A stretch of 64,000 bases of DNA from Barthelona sp. PCE (taxonomy: Eukaryota), in the NCBI GenBank assembly GCA_040285745.1, contig JAUFOR010000004.1, positions 186,001 through 250,000 of the forward strand. The letters run 5' to 3'. The notes under the pieces were generated by a model that worked only from the letters and a program-made list of their open reading frames with translations, was not told where the DNA came from and searched no databases. This document shows positions 38,101 through 49,000 of the stretch, piece after piece (the stretch's first letter is position 1; each line of letters opens with the position of its first letter). Made by a program: the position numbers and the translations under genes.

Positions 38101-38751
38101 TGTCAAATCATCATGAACCGTCTTGAGCCTTACTTCAAGAAGTTCCCTGAAAAGAGCTGGGAGGAAATTTGCTGGACTGCTTACTGGGATCGCTGTGACA
38201 TGTCAGCTGAGGCTCGTGGTAAACTACCAGAGCTCACATACAGCTGGGATGACAACACTGGTTACGTTGGTTTCTACTACGCGTGGGGAACAACCGTCAG
38301 CGAAGTTGAACTCGATACCGTCACTGGTCAGTGGCGTTGCGTCCGTGCGGATGTTCTACAGGATGTCGGTAACTCGCTTAATCCTGAGGTTGATGTCAAC
38401 CAGATCAGAGGCGCTTACATGCAGGGTCTCGGTCTCTTTACAATGGAGAAGCTCACATTTGATAAGGAGCAGGGATACATCAGCAACAACAGTCTTGCCA
38501 GGTATCAAATCCCCACCATGGTTGACATGCCACGTGAGTTCAACATTGAACTGGTCAAGCAACAGCCTAACCCTCTTAACGTTTGTGGATCCAAGGCATC
38601 TGCTGAGGGCCCGCTCAACAACGCCGTTTCAGTTCTTTTTGCCCTCAAACAAGCCATCACAAGTGCCCGTGCTGATCGTGGACTCAGCGCTGACTTCACC
38701 CTCAATTCCCCTGCCACAGTTGAAGAGATCCTTCGTCTTATTCACGAATAA
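35137..38751 (+). CDS. XDH: Xanthine dehydrogenase/aldehyde oxidase-family molybdo-flavoenzyme (atypical)
   Basis: QCGYCTPG and HLCRCTGY (Fe/S I), FAD-domain motifs, GQEHVYME, GGGFGGK, AFRGFG, EMGQG, TAASSG, SKASAEGP; first ATG at 35137. Confidence 0.93.
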   Translation: MIKFILNGKEITVCAEHTQMRLVDYLRDILHLRGTKVSSGTGNTGASVVVLSEFSPNGSKGEVIHKAVNSSLLYVFMAHNKSITTIEGLTSGENKELSAFQQAFDEYSSAQCGYCTPGIIMSLSLMLNNHDFERSAIECQDIEDVMSGHLCRCTGYASFYQGISSVVDKCNTTKEVESRFDVGLPEHYRHVEAVSGPGFFLPSTISEALAYLTEHKDATVIAGNVDLAYQKEMYQRKMERIVSLQNIAALKRIEFNAETGALSLGAMTTVEDLRHFALTVQKDRSNFGKVMHGFLRWFGSPQIRSQTTIGGIVSLRSDMSDLMPVFMAMGAQVHYVKRGETAVVRDHIMTEIDPVLITSVEINVAQDKDLWVMKTANRRDNTPNIMTLAVYGSADEHMMCVSGVDGLGVVFPTFESNMPHLFTAMYELCKKEFGEVPTYFDSNEWPKMQHDFDEDLTLRYVNRPVKKADNVPIVKGEASYTMDIVEPHDCLYASYVTSVFAHAKLLDIDFSMAETIEGYVGHVSAEDCKRKELSGIVFDTRIFAYDTVDYWGEPIAAVIATSQEAADRIANAVIVRYEELTPLITVESAHEKESWFDHIKLKELKRGDVNEAFANSKYVVEGVLTMGGQEHVYMETHNALCIPDEPLFKVYSSTQNISKVQADVAAAIGIPMHGVQVQVHRLGGGFGGKQDRPCFIACAAAVAAKKFNRPVRLRLPRRLDMQITGGRHPWTARYKASMDENGTFTGGESRIYFNAGSVFDVSGPVMEKMVCQAEGPYYWPNWHCSAHGCRLNQVTGTAFRGFGSPQALFLTTGMMEHLSRVSGISFDELSRRNFLKPEQKTIVTCFVEDNVHTPDKFPVPGMFEHIVETSEYEKRLASVEEHNTENKRFKRGIFAVAQKNATDFELDAFNQGGALLHVYHDGSVQLSHSAVEMGQGVHTKMAAIAAEYLKLPFEKIHVVETDTTRVPNTMPTAASSGADVAGPAVIECCQIIMNRLEPYFKKFPEKSWEEICWTAYWDRCDMSAEARGKLPELTYSWDDNTGYVGFYYAWGTTVSEVELDTVTGQWRCVRADVLQDVGNSLNPEVDVNQIRGAYMQGLGLFTMEKLTFDKEQGYISNNSLARYQIPTMVDMPREFNIELVKQQPNPLNVCGSKASAEGPLNNAVSVLFALKQAITSARADRGLSADFTLNSPATVEEILRLIHE

Positions 38752-38772
38752 ACCCCCATTTTTTTCTTTTAT

Positions 38773-39561
38773 TTATAACAAAACCTCATTATGCTCGCCG
38801 ATTGGACTATATAAACTTTGTATCTCCTCACTAAATTCAATAGTGTGAACATTAGTTGGATTCATGCTATCCAGATTGACGTCGAGGTTCAGCGGCTCAA
38901 GCTGAGGTATTGATCTGCTGTCTGAAAAGTTGTATGTGTCATTAATGATTGGTGATTTCCGTGCTGTCGGTTCCGGTCGAAAAAGTTTTAGAAACCCAGT
39001 GTACTGTGGATGGTGTAATTTTGCAACGTTGAATGGTTTTCGTCCGAAGTTATCCTTCTCCCGCAATAACTTTCCTATCAATGGTAGGGGAACCTCTCGT
39101 CGCAAAAGCATGACGCTCTCAATTTTCCCAACAACAGCCAAAATATGAAACAGATTTTGTCCTGTAGCCATGCATTTGATGTCAAACAACGGTTTCATTG
39201 CAAGAATGGACTCGAATAACCTAAAGTTACCCTCCTTTGCTCCAATTACAACAGGCGGTTCACGAAAGTAACTTTTATCCGATCTAATAAGATGGTTTAT
39301 ATCGCCCTTGCCAACAATCCTGTCTAATTTCTCATAATCTATGGGAGCATATATCTCTTGAGAGTTAGGACGTACTTTTTGAAGCTTTCGTTTTTTCTGT
39401 GGTGATGTTGTCAGGGGGACGACACGGTTCCCCACAATGACAGACACACTGATCTCCTCTTCGTTTGGGGTGCAGAATATCCTCTTCGAAATGCATATTA
39501 TGACACAAAGCAGTACTACCCCAATGGATAGCACAATTGCTAATTTTTCCCGCGGGTTCAT
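38773..39561 (-). CDS. N-terminally anchored protein with degenerate ankyrin repeats
   Basis: N-terminal TM; GQNLFHILAVVG and KDNFGRKPFNVA ankyrin-like segments. Confidence 0.7.
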   Translation of the reverse strand: MNPREKLAIVLSIGVVLLCVIICISKRIFCTPNEEEISVSVIVGNRVVPLTTSPQKKRKLQKVRPNSQEIYAPIDYEKLDRIVGKGDINHLIRSDKSYFREPPVVIGAKEGNFRLFESILAMKPLFDIKCMATGQNLFHILAVVGKIESVMLLRREVPLPLIGKLLREKDNFGRKPFNVAKLHHPQYTGFLKLFRPEPTARKSPIINDTYNFSDSRSIPQLEPLNLDVNLDSMNPTNVHTIEFSEEIQSLYSPIGEHNEVLL

Positions 39562-39621
39562 GGCTAATCCATTTGTAAAACCGAGAAATGGATGTTAAAT
39601 GAAATATCACAAAACTATTCG

Positions 39622-41991
39622 CTATTTACTATTTTCATCATCACTGTCATCGTCATCAATAGACTGGCCCACAAGATTGATGAACACATCTTCCAAAGAT
39701 GATAAACCCAGTGATAGGTCGACAATGCCAAATTCGTCTTGTCTGCTTCGTAGATCTTTGAGAACCATCAGGTCAACGTCATCAAAGATGTTCACCGTAA
39801 GACGAGAGCCAATTGAACTCTTTACGTCACCAATGTTATTGCGGATGTATTCCAGCAAATCATCCGTGGCAGCATCATCAAGAGCCAACTGGAGCTTGTA
39901 GCCTCCCCCGTGCTTGTTCTTCAGCGAAAACACAGTGTCCATAGCGATGAGCTCGCCATGATGAATGATGCACAAGATATCACTCAGTGTTTCCGCTTCA
40001 AAAAGATTGTGCGTGACAAAAAGTACGGCACATCGCTCTCTCAACTTTCCTATCGCCTTCATAACCTCGAAAGAAGTCACAATATCCAAACCGGATGAGA
40101 CCTCGTCGAGCAAGACAATCTCAACGAACCCAGCACTGGCTATGCCCAATTGCAACCTCCGCTGCATGCCTCCGCTGAGCTCTGCGCTCTTCTTATGCGT
40201 TGCATTGTCCAGCTTCATGTCAGTAAGAAGCAATGCGGACTGATCGACAGCCATCTTCTTAGAGTAACCTCTCAAACGGGAGAATAGCACAATGTGCTCT
40301 TGGCAGGTGAGTTCCTTCCACTGGCACGTGAACTGAGGGGCAAAACCCACGTGTCCTATTGATATGTTACCACTTTCGTAGTTAAGAAATCCCAAGACAG
40401 TTAAGAGTGTGGTTGTTTTAGAGGCTCCGTTTTTACCACATAGGCCGACGCATGACTTCCTCTTGACGCGGAGACTCAGGTTCGTGACAGCGCGGAATTT
40501 CCCATAGTACTTTGTAAGGTTGTCAATAACCAGCACGTCATCATTTTCACCCAAATCACTGCGCTTCTTTACGGAACGCTTGCTACCGTACCACCACGTG
40601 AAGACAAAGTGCCACTTCTTGGGTATCCTGTACTTCTGGGGGATGATCTTGTCGAAGTACATAAACATGGCAAAGTAAACAATAGCGTTGCGGATAAGAC
40701 AGCTGTACACGTGCTTGATTGTGAAGAACCTGCTGTACGTGCCAATGTCATCCCAATGGATGCCATTTTTATCAGCATTTGACCACTTTCCCAGATCATG
40801 AAGACCTTTATCAAAAAGCGTTGGGCTGAGATATGAGAAGACTTTTCTGACAAAGCTGACAACCTTGCCATCAACATAGTCGGTGTATAGGAGGTTTGTG
40901 CTCACAATATTGATGATTGTGAAGAGCATGAACATTAAAAAGCCCATAACCGAGGCAGCCTTGGCTTTCTGTAATACACAAGCAAAAAGAAATCCAAAGA
41001 GCACCAGGTTTGCAGAAAAGAGAACCAGGAGCGCCCATACAACTCTCCAATCATTCTTAATGAAGAAGGAAAAATCAAACAATCGTCCGACCGTATACAT
41101 AAGCCCGAAGGATATGATCATATTTAAGAAGAAGTATGAGAACCAACTCGTCCAGTAAGCAAAATCAGAAACGTTAGCGGTTGACAGAAGGGCTCTTAGC
41201 CCGACTTCCTTTTCAAAAACAATGAGTAATAGCTGGATGATGAGGTGGATCATCGCGCAAGCGAATAAAAACATCGGGAGGAACACATAGACAACCGACC
41301 GGGACTTGGAAGCAGGGTGGGCAAACATACGCGTGTTCAGGTTGATCTTTGTTGAGTTGAAATCTTCACCTTCTGACGCTGTGTATGAGATTAGAGATTC
41401 GTAGAACGCTCGATACAGCGGTAAATATACGTCTTTGAATGGGTTTTCAGCGCATTCTTGGCCTGTTTCAAGAATATTGGAGAAATCACACATAAAAACA
41501 GTTTCGTTGATGGAAAAGGCGAAGCTGATCAGTGTAAGTGGGGAAGGGAAGGGGATCTGATCCGTGAAGTAAAATGATAGGGATATCTGCGTGTAGTTGG
41601 GACGGTGCAGGATAAAATCATCCATTATGCTAACATTTTCAAAACCACGCACCTCATCTCCCTGGAATTCAAGCTTTTCCGACAGACTGCCCACCAAATC
41701 ATCGGTGAAGGAGTTGGAGGGAGCGTAAGCAAGGCTCAGACAGCTCTCATATCCTAGATACTCAGACACTTTGCAGTTTGGAACTGTGTTATGCTGCGGG
41801 TCGACTGGAAACAGTTTGGAACCCTTGGTGTATGCGGCTATTGCAGAATTATTAAATGCCATTTGCAGGAAAAACAAAAGGACCATGAAAAGTGTTGGTG
41901 TGAATAGCATCAAAGCTGTGGAGATTTTGTTCCGCTTTGCAAGCGTTACGTTCTTCCCCAGCAGGTGAAAAATATTGCGAAAGGTCCCCAT
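39622..41991 (-). CDS. ABCA-subfamily half-size ABC transporter
   Basis: LLGKN..LAKRN N-terminus, large first extracellular loop, about 6 TMs, Walker A variant GKNGASKTT, LSGGM, IVLLDE, C-terminal SLEDVF. Confidence 0.9.
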   Translation of the reverse strand: MGTFRNIFHLLGKNVTLAKRNKISTALMLFTPTLFMVLLFFLQMAFNNSAIAAYTKGSKLFPVDPQHNTVPNCKVSEYLGYESCLSLAYAPSNSFTDDLVGSLSEKLEFQGDEVRGFENVSIMDDFILHRPNYTQISLSFYFTDQIPFPSPLTLISFAFSINETVFMCDFSNILETGQECAENPFKDVYLPLYRAFYESLISYTASEGEDFNSTKINLNTRMFAHPASKSRSVVYVFLPMFLFACAMIHLIIQLLLIVFEKEVGLRALLSTANVSDFAYWTSWFSYFFLNMIISFGLMYTVGRLFDFSFFIKNDWRVVWALLVLFSANLVLFGFLFACVLQKAKAASVMGFLMFMLFTIINIVSTNLLYTDYVDGKVVSFVRKVFSYLSPTLFDKGLHDLGKWSNADKNGIHWDDIGTYSRFFTIKHVYSCLIRNAIVYFAMFMYFDKIIPQKYRIPKKWHFVFTWWYGSKRSVKKRSDLGENDDVLVIDNLTKYYGKFRAVTNLSLRVKRKSCVGLCGKNGASKTTTLLTVLGFLNYESGNISIGHVGFAPQFTCQWKELTCQEHIVLFSRLRGYSKKMAVDQSALLLTDMKLDNATHKKSAELSGGMQRRLQLGIASAGFVEIVLLDEVSSGLDIVTSFEVMKAIGKLRERCAVLFVTHNLFEAETLSDILCIIHHGELIAMDTVFSLKNKHGGGYKLQLALDDAATDDLLEYIRNNIGDVKSSIGSRLTVNIFDDVDLMVLKDLRSRQDEFGIVDLSLGLSSLEDVFINLVGQSIDDDDSDDENSK

Positions 41992-42250
41992 TGAATGAGA
42001 GGAAAAAGAAGTATTTAGAAAAACAACGCTGTGCTTCTGTCAAAGTAGAGATGTGCGAAAAACGTGAAGGTGAACCGAGCATACGAATGTTTGATGAATA
42101 TTCATGTGAGTGGTATGCCGGTATATGCTCTTATCACTCCACTTCAGTTTTATGACCTTAAATGTGTAAAATATTAAGTCTAACCCACGATAATGCAGGT
42201 AAGATGTAGTATTGGCAAAAAAGATTTGTTTTACAATTATAACCTTTAAC

Positions 42251-43021
42251 ATGTACACTTTTAAAAAGCACGAAGGGGAAGACGTGAGTCTTGAGATACT
42301 TAACTCGTCAATCAGCGGGATGCATAACTTCTTATTACAGCATGATCTGCTTTGTAATTTCCAGTATGCCGCTTTTTCTTTTGATCAGAGATTCGACATG
42401 CACCATCCTGAAGGTTTCCTCAACGAGCTCGTAAACAGTGACTCGTGGCGAGAGAATATCAAGGCAAGTAGAGGATATGAGTTGTTCACTATATTGGAGG
42501 ACAGTGTTACAGGAGTTGATTTCACAAAGCTATCAACAACGCACACAAACATGGACTTCTTCAACATCCTGTTCAATGAAGATTCTGAGGTTATTCGCGA
42601 GAATACTGGTAAGATCGTAAAGTGTGTACCTCAGTTTTTGGACTCCATCACCTTCTATGATACGCTCCGTTGTCTTTTATGGCTAGAAGAGGATGAGAAC
42701 TACTGTCTTTTCGACGAGAACGAGCGTCAGGAGTTTATTTTTGATTTGTTTCGTTTTTTCGCAACAGGTGGTGCACTTTGTCAACCAGATGAGGGTGTTG
42801 AACGTTATTTTGACTTCACCAAGAAAACATACCGCGATCTTTTAACTGTTGTCAAGAAGGACGGAAAGCTCCAGATTGTCAATCATGTGTACAAGATCTC
42901 TAGAACCACCCCGCATAACATTTTTGCAAATAGTAGCGAGTTTAATGCATGTTATGTGGTCGTAGAGCCCGTAAAACGTACAGTTTCTGTTCTTTACAAT
43001 GCTTTTTCACCGATGATTTAA
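42251..43021 (+). CDS. CFAP300: Cilia- and flagella-associated protein 300 (C11orf70)
   Basis: MDFFNIL, EFIFDLF...GGALCQPD...TKKTYRDLLTVVK, CYVVVEPVKR signatures; ATG at 42251. Confidence 0.85.
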   Translation: MYTFKKHEGEDVSLEILNSSISGMHNFLLQHDLLCNFQYAAFSFDQRFDMHHPEGFLNELVNSDSWRENIKASRGYELFTILEDSVTGVDFTKLSTTHTNMDFFNILFNEDSEVIRENTGKIVKCVPQFLDSITFYDTLRCLLWLEEDENYCLFDENERQEFIFDLFRFFATGGALCQPDEGVERYFDFTKKTYRDLLTVVKKDGKLQIVNHVYKISRTTPHNIFANSSEFNACYVVVEPVKRTVSVLYNAFSPMI

Positions 43022-46000
43022 TTACCAATTCTTATTGTTGGGATTTCTCCAAGATTCAAGCACTCTAGCCCCATTTCATCATAGTCTTCAAGAAGCGGTG
43101 CGCATTTTGCGATATTTCGTGGATAAAGAGGCATTGCGACAATTTTTGCTCCTCTTGCAATTAGTGATAGTGTCATAACATCAGGATATGCTAGTTCCAG
43201 GGCGCTGTTCGTTTTGCGCACATCTAAAGGTGACTGGAATCTGTTATATCCTTCATTGTAAATTCTATCAAAGATAACAACAGTGGCACCGGAAATATCC
43301 AGTGAGTACAGATCATTTGGCGTGATACGGTCACCCAGTGTTCCCATTAGAACAAGGAATAACAACTGGTTTGTTCTCAGCAACCGTTGCATGCAGGATG
43401 AAGATGGCATGCGTAGATCAATGGTAGATGTTATTGGAGCCAGAACGGATTCAGTGTCGTGACGAGTGGGGTCAACCAGCACCGTGTACTTTTCGTCTTT
43501 GGTCTTTTTCTCTTTCTCTTTCTCATTTTCTGTTTCGTTGGATGCAGAGAGGCATGAAGAGACGCCCAAGCAACCCGGAACACCGTTTATGGTGCTGAGT
43601 CCGGTGATGACAAGGGCTGGGGTGAAGAAAACATCAAATTCGTCCATATCGATCGGTGGAATTTCCTCCGGCTCTGGGTTCTCAGTTAAAGGCGTGTACA
43701 TGTTCACCACAAGCTGTAAGGCTTCGGAAACAAACTCATTGAGTAAATCAGTTGATTCTTGCATTACTTCATACATCTCCGTAACCATTTCGTCGTTGAG
43801 TGCTGTGGCAACAGTAGATCTCAGTCTGAACAGGTTCTCGTACCACTCATTTCTGGCAGCCTTGAATTTGGCATTGTCAAACGCCACATTTAGTAACTCC
43901 TTATGTACTACCTTTGTCTTTTTCTCAATATTGGATTCTTGAGAAGCAGCTAGATCCACTCTGCTCTTACTCTTCTTTTTCTTGTCCTTCTTATCGGCAA
44001 CAGGCTCGGTGATCGTCTTCTCAATTAAGTTGACAGACAGGCTGTTCTTGACGATGCTGACGAAGACACGGTTTCGGTCGAGGGCCATAAGTTTCACGCC
44101 AAACAGTCTCTGCATAGGGGGTGAGTATACAGCTCTATGCTCCCATGGTGTGTATTCGATAATGTTTGCCACGAACCAGTCGTTTGAGCATGCAAAAGTG
44201 GCTGAATCGCGAGTGTTTATCCTTTCATCAGACAACTGTAGCTTCAACAGGTCAAACGAGGATTGAATATCGTGAGCAAGTTGTAAAAATGAAGGACATA
44301 CAGTGCAAACTTCCTCACATAAAAAGGCATTGATTCGTAGAAGATGTAGCTGCCAGCGGGGATCGGGCGATGTGATGGGCATGATATCCTTGATGGCGTC
44401 ACTGACATCAGTCTTAATTTCATCCTCGTCATTAAGGTAGAATCGAGTCAGGTGTGAGAGAACATCATAAATCTTTAAAAGCGGTTGGATAGTAATGCTA
44501 TCACGATCGATATCATTGAGCAGCGCAAACACATAAGCGCCCGCGTTTTGGAACTCTACAATCTCAATTTTCGGAAGACCCAATGTAAGAATGGCAGTTA
44601 CAATAACGCTCATCATAAAGTAGTCTTCGATGATGCCTCGGCCTGCTGTTGTACGTGAACACCTGTTAAGCTTCTGTGAGAGCTCGCTTGTGATAATTGC
44701 GAGCTGACCGCAGATATCTTCAACGATTGAAGGGTGGAAGTCTCCGATAAACAGCTCAAGAATAGAAGGAAGCGCGTTGAATAAAAGACGAGCAGCGTTT
44801 AAAACGTCCTGCTGCACCATCGTACCGAATAGAGGGATGAACTCAATCATTACTTCCTTGTAAACATCTGCAGAGCCTGAAATGAGACAAAAGCGCAGCC
44901 TCTCCAGAATGGCATACTCTCCAATAGGGGTGTACCCCATCTCAGAAGAGAGAACAGCATTATATGCGCTCTCGTACAGCGATTTGTCCAAGAAAGAGAC
45001 CTCGTGCAGGGAAGTTATCTCTGCCAAATCGGAACGAGCATCGCTCAGAAGCCATCTACGTGCGCTGAGCCAAGCACTCTTTACGAGTGCGGAACGACGG
45101 AGTGCCTCGTCGTTGACACACTTGCATAACGCAGTTACAACTGAGACACACTCTTCAGCCATGGAAACGTGGCCCATCTTTATCAAGAACGAGGCCATGT
45201 GGTTGAGCCAGTGACGGGGTGACAACGGTGTTGCTTGATGAATATGCGTGGGTGCGGTGTCGGTTGCAGAACCACGCAAGCTCAAAGAGTAGGCATCACC
45301 GATAGCAATTTCGATAACGCTCATATCTTCCTCAGACAGCTCAACGTTTGCGTATCGGGTCATGACCACCGCACGATAAGCGCTGTAGTAGATGTTATTC
45401 TGCAGAATGATATCCAGCACGCGTATGACACTGGGAAGCAGGAAGTGGACGCCATGTTCGAAAAGCAGATCAATCAAAATAACAAAGTAGCTGATACCCA
45501 CATCAGGGGAGACTGTACGGCGGTTAACAGTCCATTGGTCGAAGGCGGCGCTGGGGTCGCGGCACTTTTCAAGGAATTCATCAGTTAGGAGTTCGTCATC
45601 AGTTGGATCAAAAGGTTGATTAACGATTAAACGCTCATTGGCTTCATCGAAAAAAGTTGGGAGTTCATCTCCGTTCTCCATTTGGTTAAGACAGTGGCAG
45701 CTTCTCGCTATCATTTGATCCATTGCCCACGTGGCACACCGAAGATATGTCCTGACGTTTGCTGTCTCAATCATACCTCGCTGTACAAAGAGCGATGCCA
45801 GCATTGATAGTTGTGATAAGGTGAGAACCTCAAAATCGCCTACACGTGCCTGTAGCATGCTTTTACGAGATGTTGCAAGCGTGAGGGCTGTGCGTCCAGA
45901 CATTGAAGAACGCATACTAGCGATCGAGCCCATCTTTCTTGATGAACGCTTGGAGAAACGACTGCGTGTTGATCGTGTACGTGATGAGAAACGAGAAACG

Positions 46001-49000
46001 CGAGATTTGGCCTCGGTCATAGCAGTATTGCGGCGCTCGTTGCTACCAGACTCGTCAAAGACAACCCCTAGGTAGAACTCGTCAAGTTCGAGCAACAAAT
46101 TCGTAGCAAGCTCCAAAATTTCGCAAGCGCTCTTGATTCCAGCACTTTTATCATTGTCCTCAACGGAAACACCAGCAGCAATATTGGCCCGCATCACAAA
46201 TTGAGCGTAGTTGGCGTATAGTTGCGCTTTTTCGGTGAGCGATTCCTCATCCTTCAGAGCCTGGACGGCGATACTGACGGCATCCAGTACCTGCGATGTG
46301 AAGTCTGAGTGTAATGCGAACGATCCCAGAACGCGGGCTTTCACTGGAGCCTGCAGAACCGAGAGACGTGCCAAGATTGATGATATGGGGCGGTTGGCCT
46401 TGGCGGCAACAAAGGCGTACGTTGATAAGAGAGGAAGATGCAGTGACTGTGGTATGACCGGGAACGCAGTATCAATCAACATTGTCGCCTCCTCCTGCTC
46501 ACCATCCTCGTCTTCGTCAAGAGAGATGCCGCTGAGTAAGTTTGATTGCACAGTATCAAGGAAGTACAGAAGTAAGCAGACTCTTGATTCGTACAACTCC
46601 GGGGTGTCGTTCATGAACTCGTCCCTGTTATCGAGGCTGAAACGCAAGAACGCAGTACACATGCGCTTCAAGAGGTCATGCAATGTGTTGGGGAGTGGTT
46701 TGGGAATGTGGTAAAGAATAAAGTTGGCGTAGTCAATAAGAGCAGCTAACGATACACCATCCGTCTGACTGCACGCCGCCTCTATGGCAGGTGCAATCTG
46801 TTGAAGGACACCGATGAGTTTGCGGCGGCGCAGCTCTTCCGTTTGGCTCATGTTGAGCATACGATATACACAGTTCGCGTATGCAGTAGTGACCACAACA
46901 AAAGCATTGGCGACGTTCTTGTCTGTCGATGAGACATCTTGCTCCTCCAAGGCAGCGTAGATCTTCTCACAAATTGATGCGCCCATCTGGTGAGCAGAAA
47001 GAGCATTATCACTAGCGAGCGCCGATACAACAGGTAGTAAACAGCATATGACATTCAGTGACTCAAGCTGATCTCCCTCCAAAATAGGAGTGATGAAACT
47101 CGATGTCGTCTTGCTAAAATCAGACAGTTCATGAGTGATGTGATAAACCTCGCTGACTGCAACATGGGACAATAAACGTGGGAAAAAGTCCGCGCTGAAA
47201 GACTTGGATGAGTGCATACACCTTGCTAGGTTGCTTACAAGGTCAATAAATAAATACTCTTTACCTTCATCGATATCTATCATGCCAAACAACTTTTTGA
47301 AGAGTGTTATCTCAGCTGCCGGAAACGCTTGCTGCTTTTCTCTGAAGAATCCAAAGTGATTAGTGATCGTGAGGATTGCGCTGTCAAATTCTGGCGCATA
47401 TGGCTCTGGAGGCTCCTCAACAGCTTGCTCTTCTTCCACAGGCTGCTTAGGTTTGCCTTTTGGTGGTTTACCCTTTGGTGGTTTGCCCTTTGGCGCCTTG
47501 CCCTTGGGCTTTGCATCAACCTGTGCTATCGAATAATGTGCCTGCTCACCAGCTGTAATTGCAATTGAAAAAATATGAGCAATGAGAATAGGGTTACGTT
47601 TTCCAATGTTTTCGAAACCCTGGATAACATCTAAGATCTCCAATAATGTTGGGTACAGATCATCAATCAAGAAAAAGAGTCCTGCTTCAAAGACGGGGGA
47701 GCAGTGGTTGAGCAGCATTGTACACACGTTCATGAGCACTGTTTGCATATTTTCTTTGCCCTTGCACATCAGCGCAACATCACGAAGCGCCTTTGCGAGT
47801 AGGGAAAGTGGTAGATACTCATCGTTCATGCTTACATTCATTGGCATCTGCTCGAATCGGCGTAAAAGCATGACTTCCGCTCTGATGATGTTTGCATCAC
47901 AGAAACGAACCTCATGCTTGAGAGATTTCTCGGGGATGCTCTCGTAGAACAAATCCATGCTCTCAAACAGGTCATCAACGAACTGAGGGCATCTCGGGGC
48001 AGACCAACACGCTTCGATGACACGAGTGGTGACATCAAACGCCATTGAGCTGTCGAACAATTCAATTTCCGTCTCTTCAGCCTTTAGCGCTAAACAACGC
48101 GACTTCTCTTCTAACAGTTCAGTCATGATACTGTCAATTGCTGCGTTCTTGAGCCCAGGGTGCGTAAGACCTTGGAGTTTGCGCAGGGAAACAAGTGCTC
48201 GCTCCCACGGTTTGTCGGGGATAACATACATGTTAGACTTCAGCACGGAAAGGTGGTTAATAGCCAGCAATTCAGAGTGCACGCCTTTGTTACCCATTAC
48301 TTCAATTGTGAGAGCATGACCGGTCAGATTCCTTGCTGAATCAACCATATCCTCCGATAGCGATAATTCAGCTACAAGACTGGCAAGCTGAACGAATAAT
48401 CTATTGTCTGACGTCTGTATGTGGTCGAGGGCACTATGTAGCGCAACAATTGAGTCGTATACAATCTTATTTTGGGCGGGGATCTGCATTAAAACTTTGA
48501 ACAAATCAAAGGCAAAACAGACAACAAAGTGAAGATGCAGATGGCCACAGATCTCACCGTTTAGGAAGAGAGTGGCAGCCTCAACGCACTTACGCAAGCA
48601 GCTTACGTGCATAGTTACATTTGCCCTGCTCAATCTCGACTTCTGTGTCGAGGTCGTAGCTGCATATAGCATCTGGGCATCGCAGACCAGCAGTAAAGCT
48701 TGTGTTGTTGTGTTCAGAGAGACTGACATATGCAATGAGTCACTTAAGAACGATACATACGTACCGCTCACACCATGGATCAGGGCAACATGAAGTGCGA
48801 GAGCGCACTCATACAACGCTGCTACGGGAAGCTGAGTTGGTTCCAATGGCCTAGCCTCCTGCTTTTTGTCCTTTTTGAAGAACGGTGCCAGCTCTTTTAT
48901 AGAAGAAAGTGCAGATACAAGGTCAGATTCGGTCAGTGTCCTTCCGTCTTTGAAAACATAAGGGATGAGCGATGCAACAGTGCCGCCCTCCTTTTTACCA

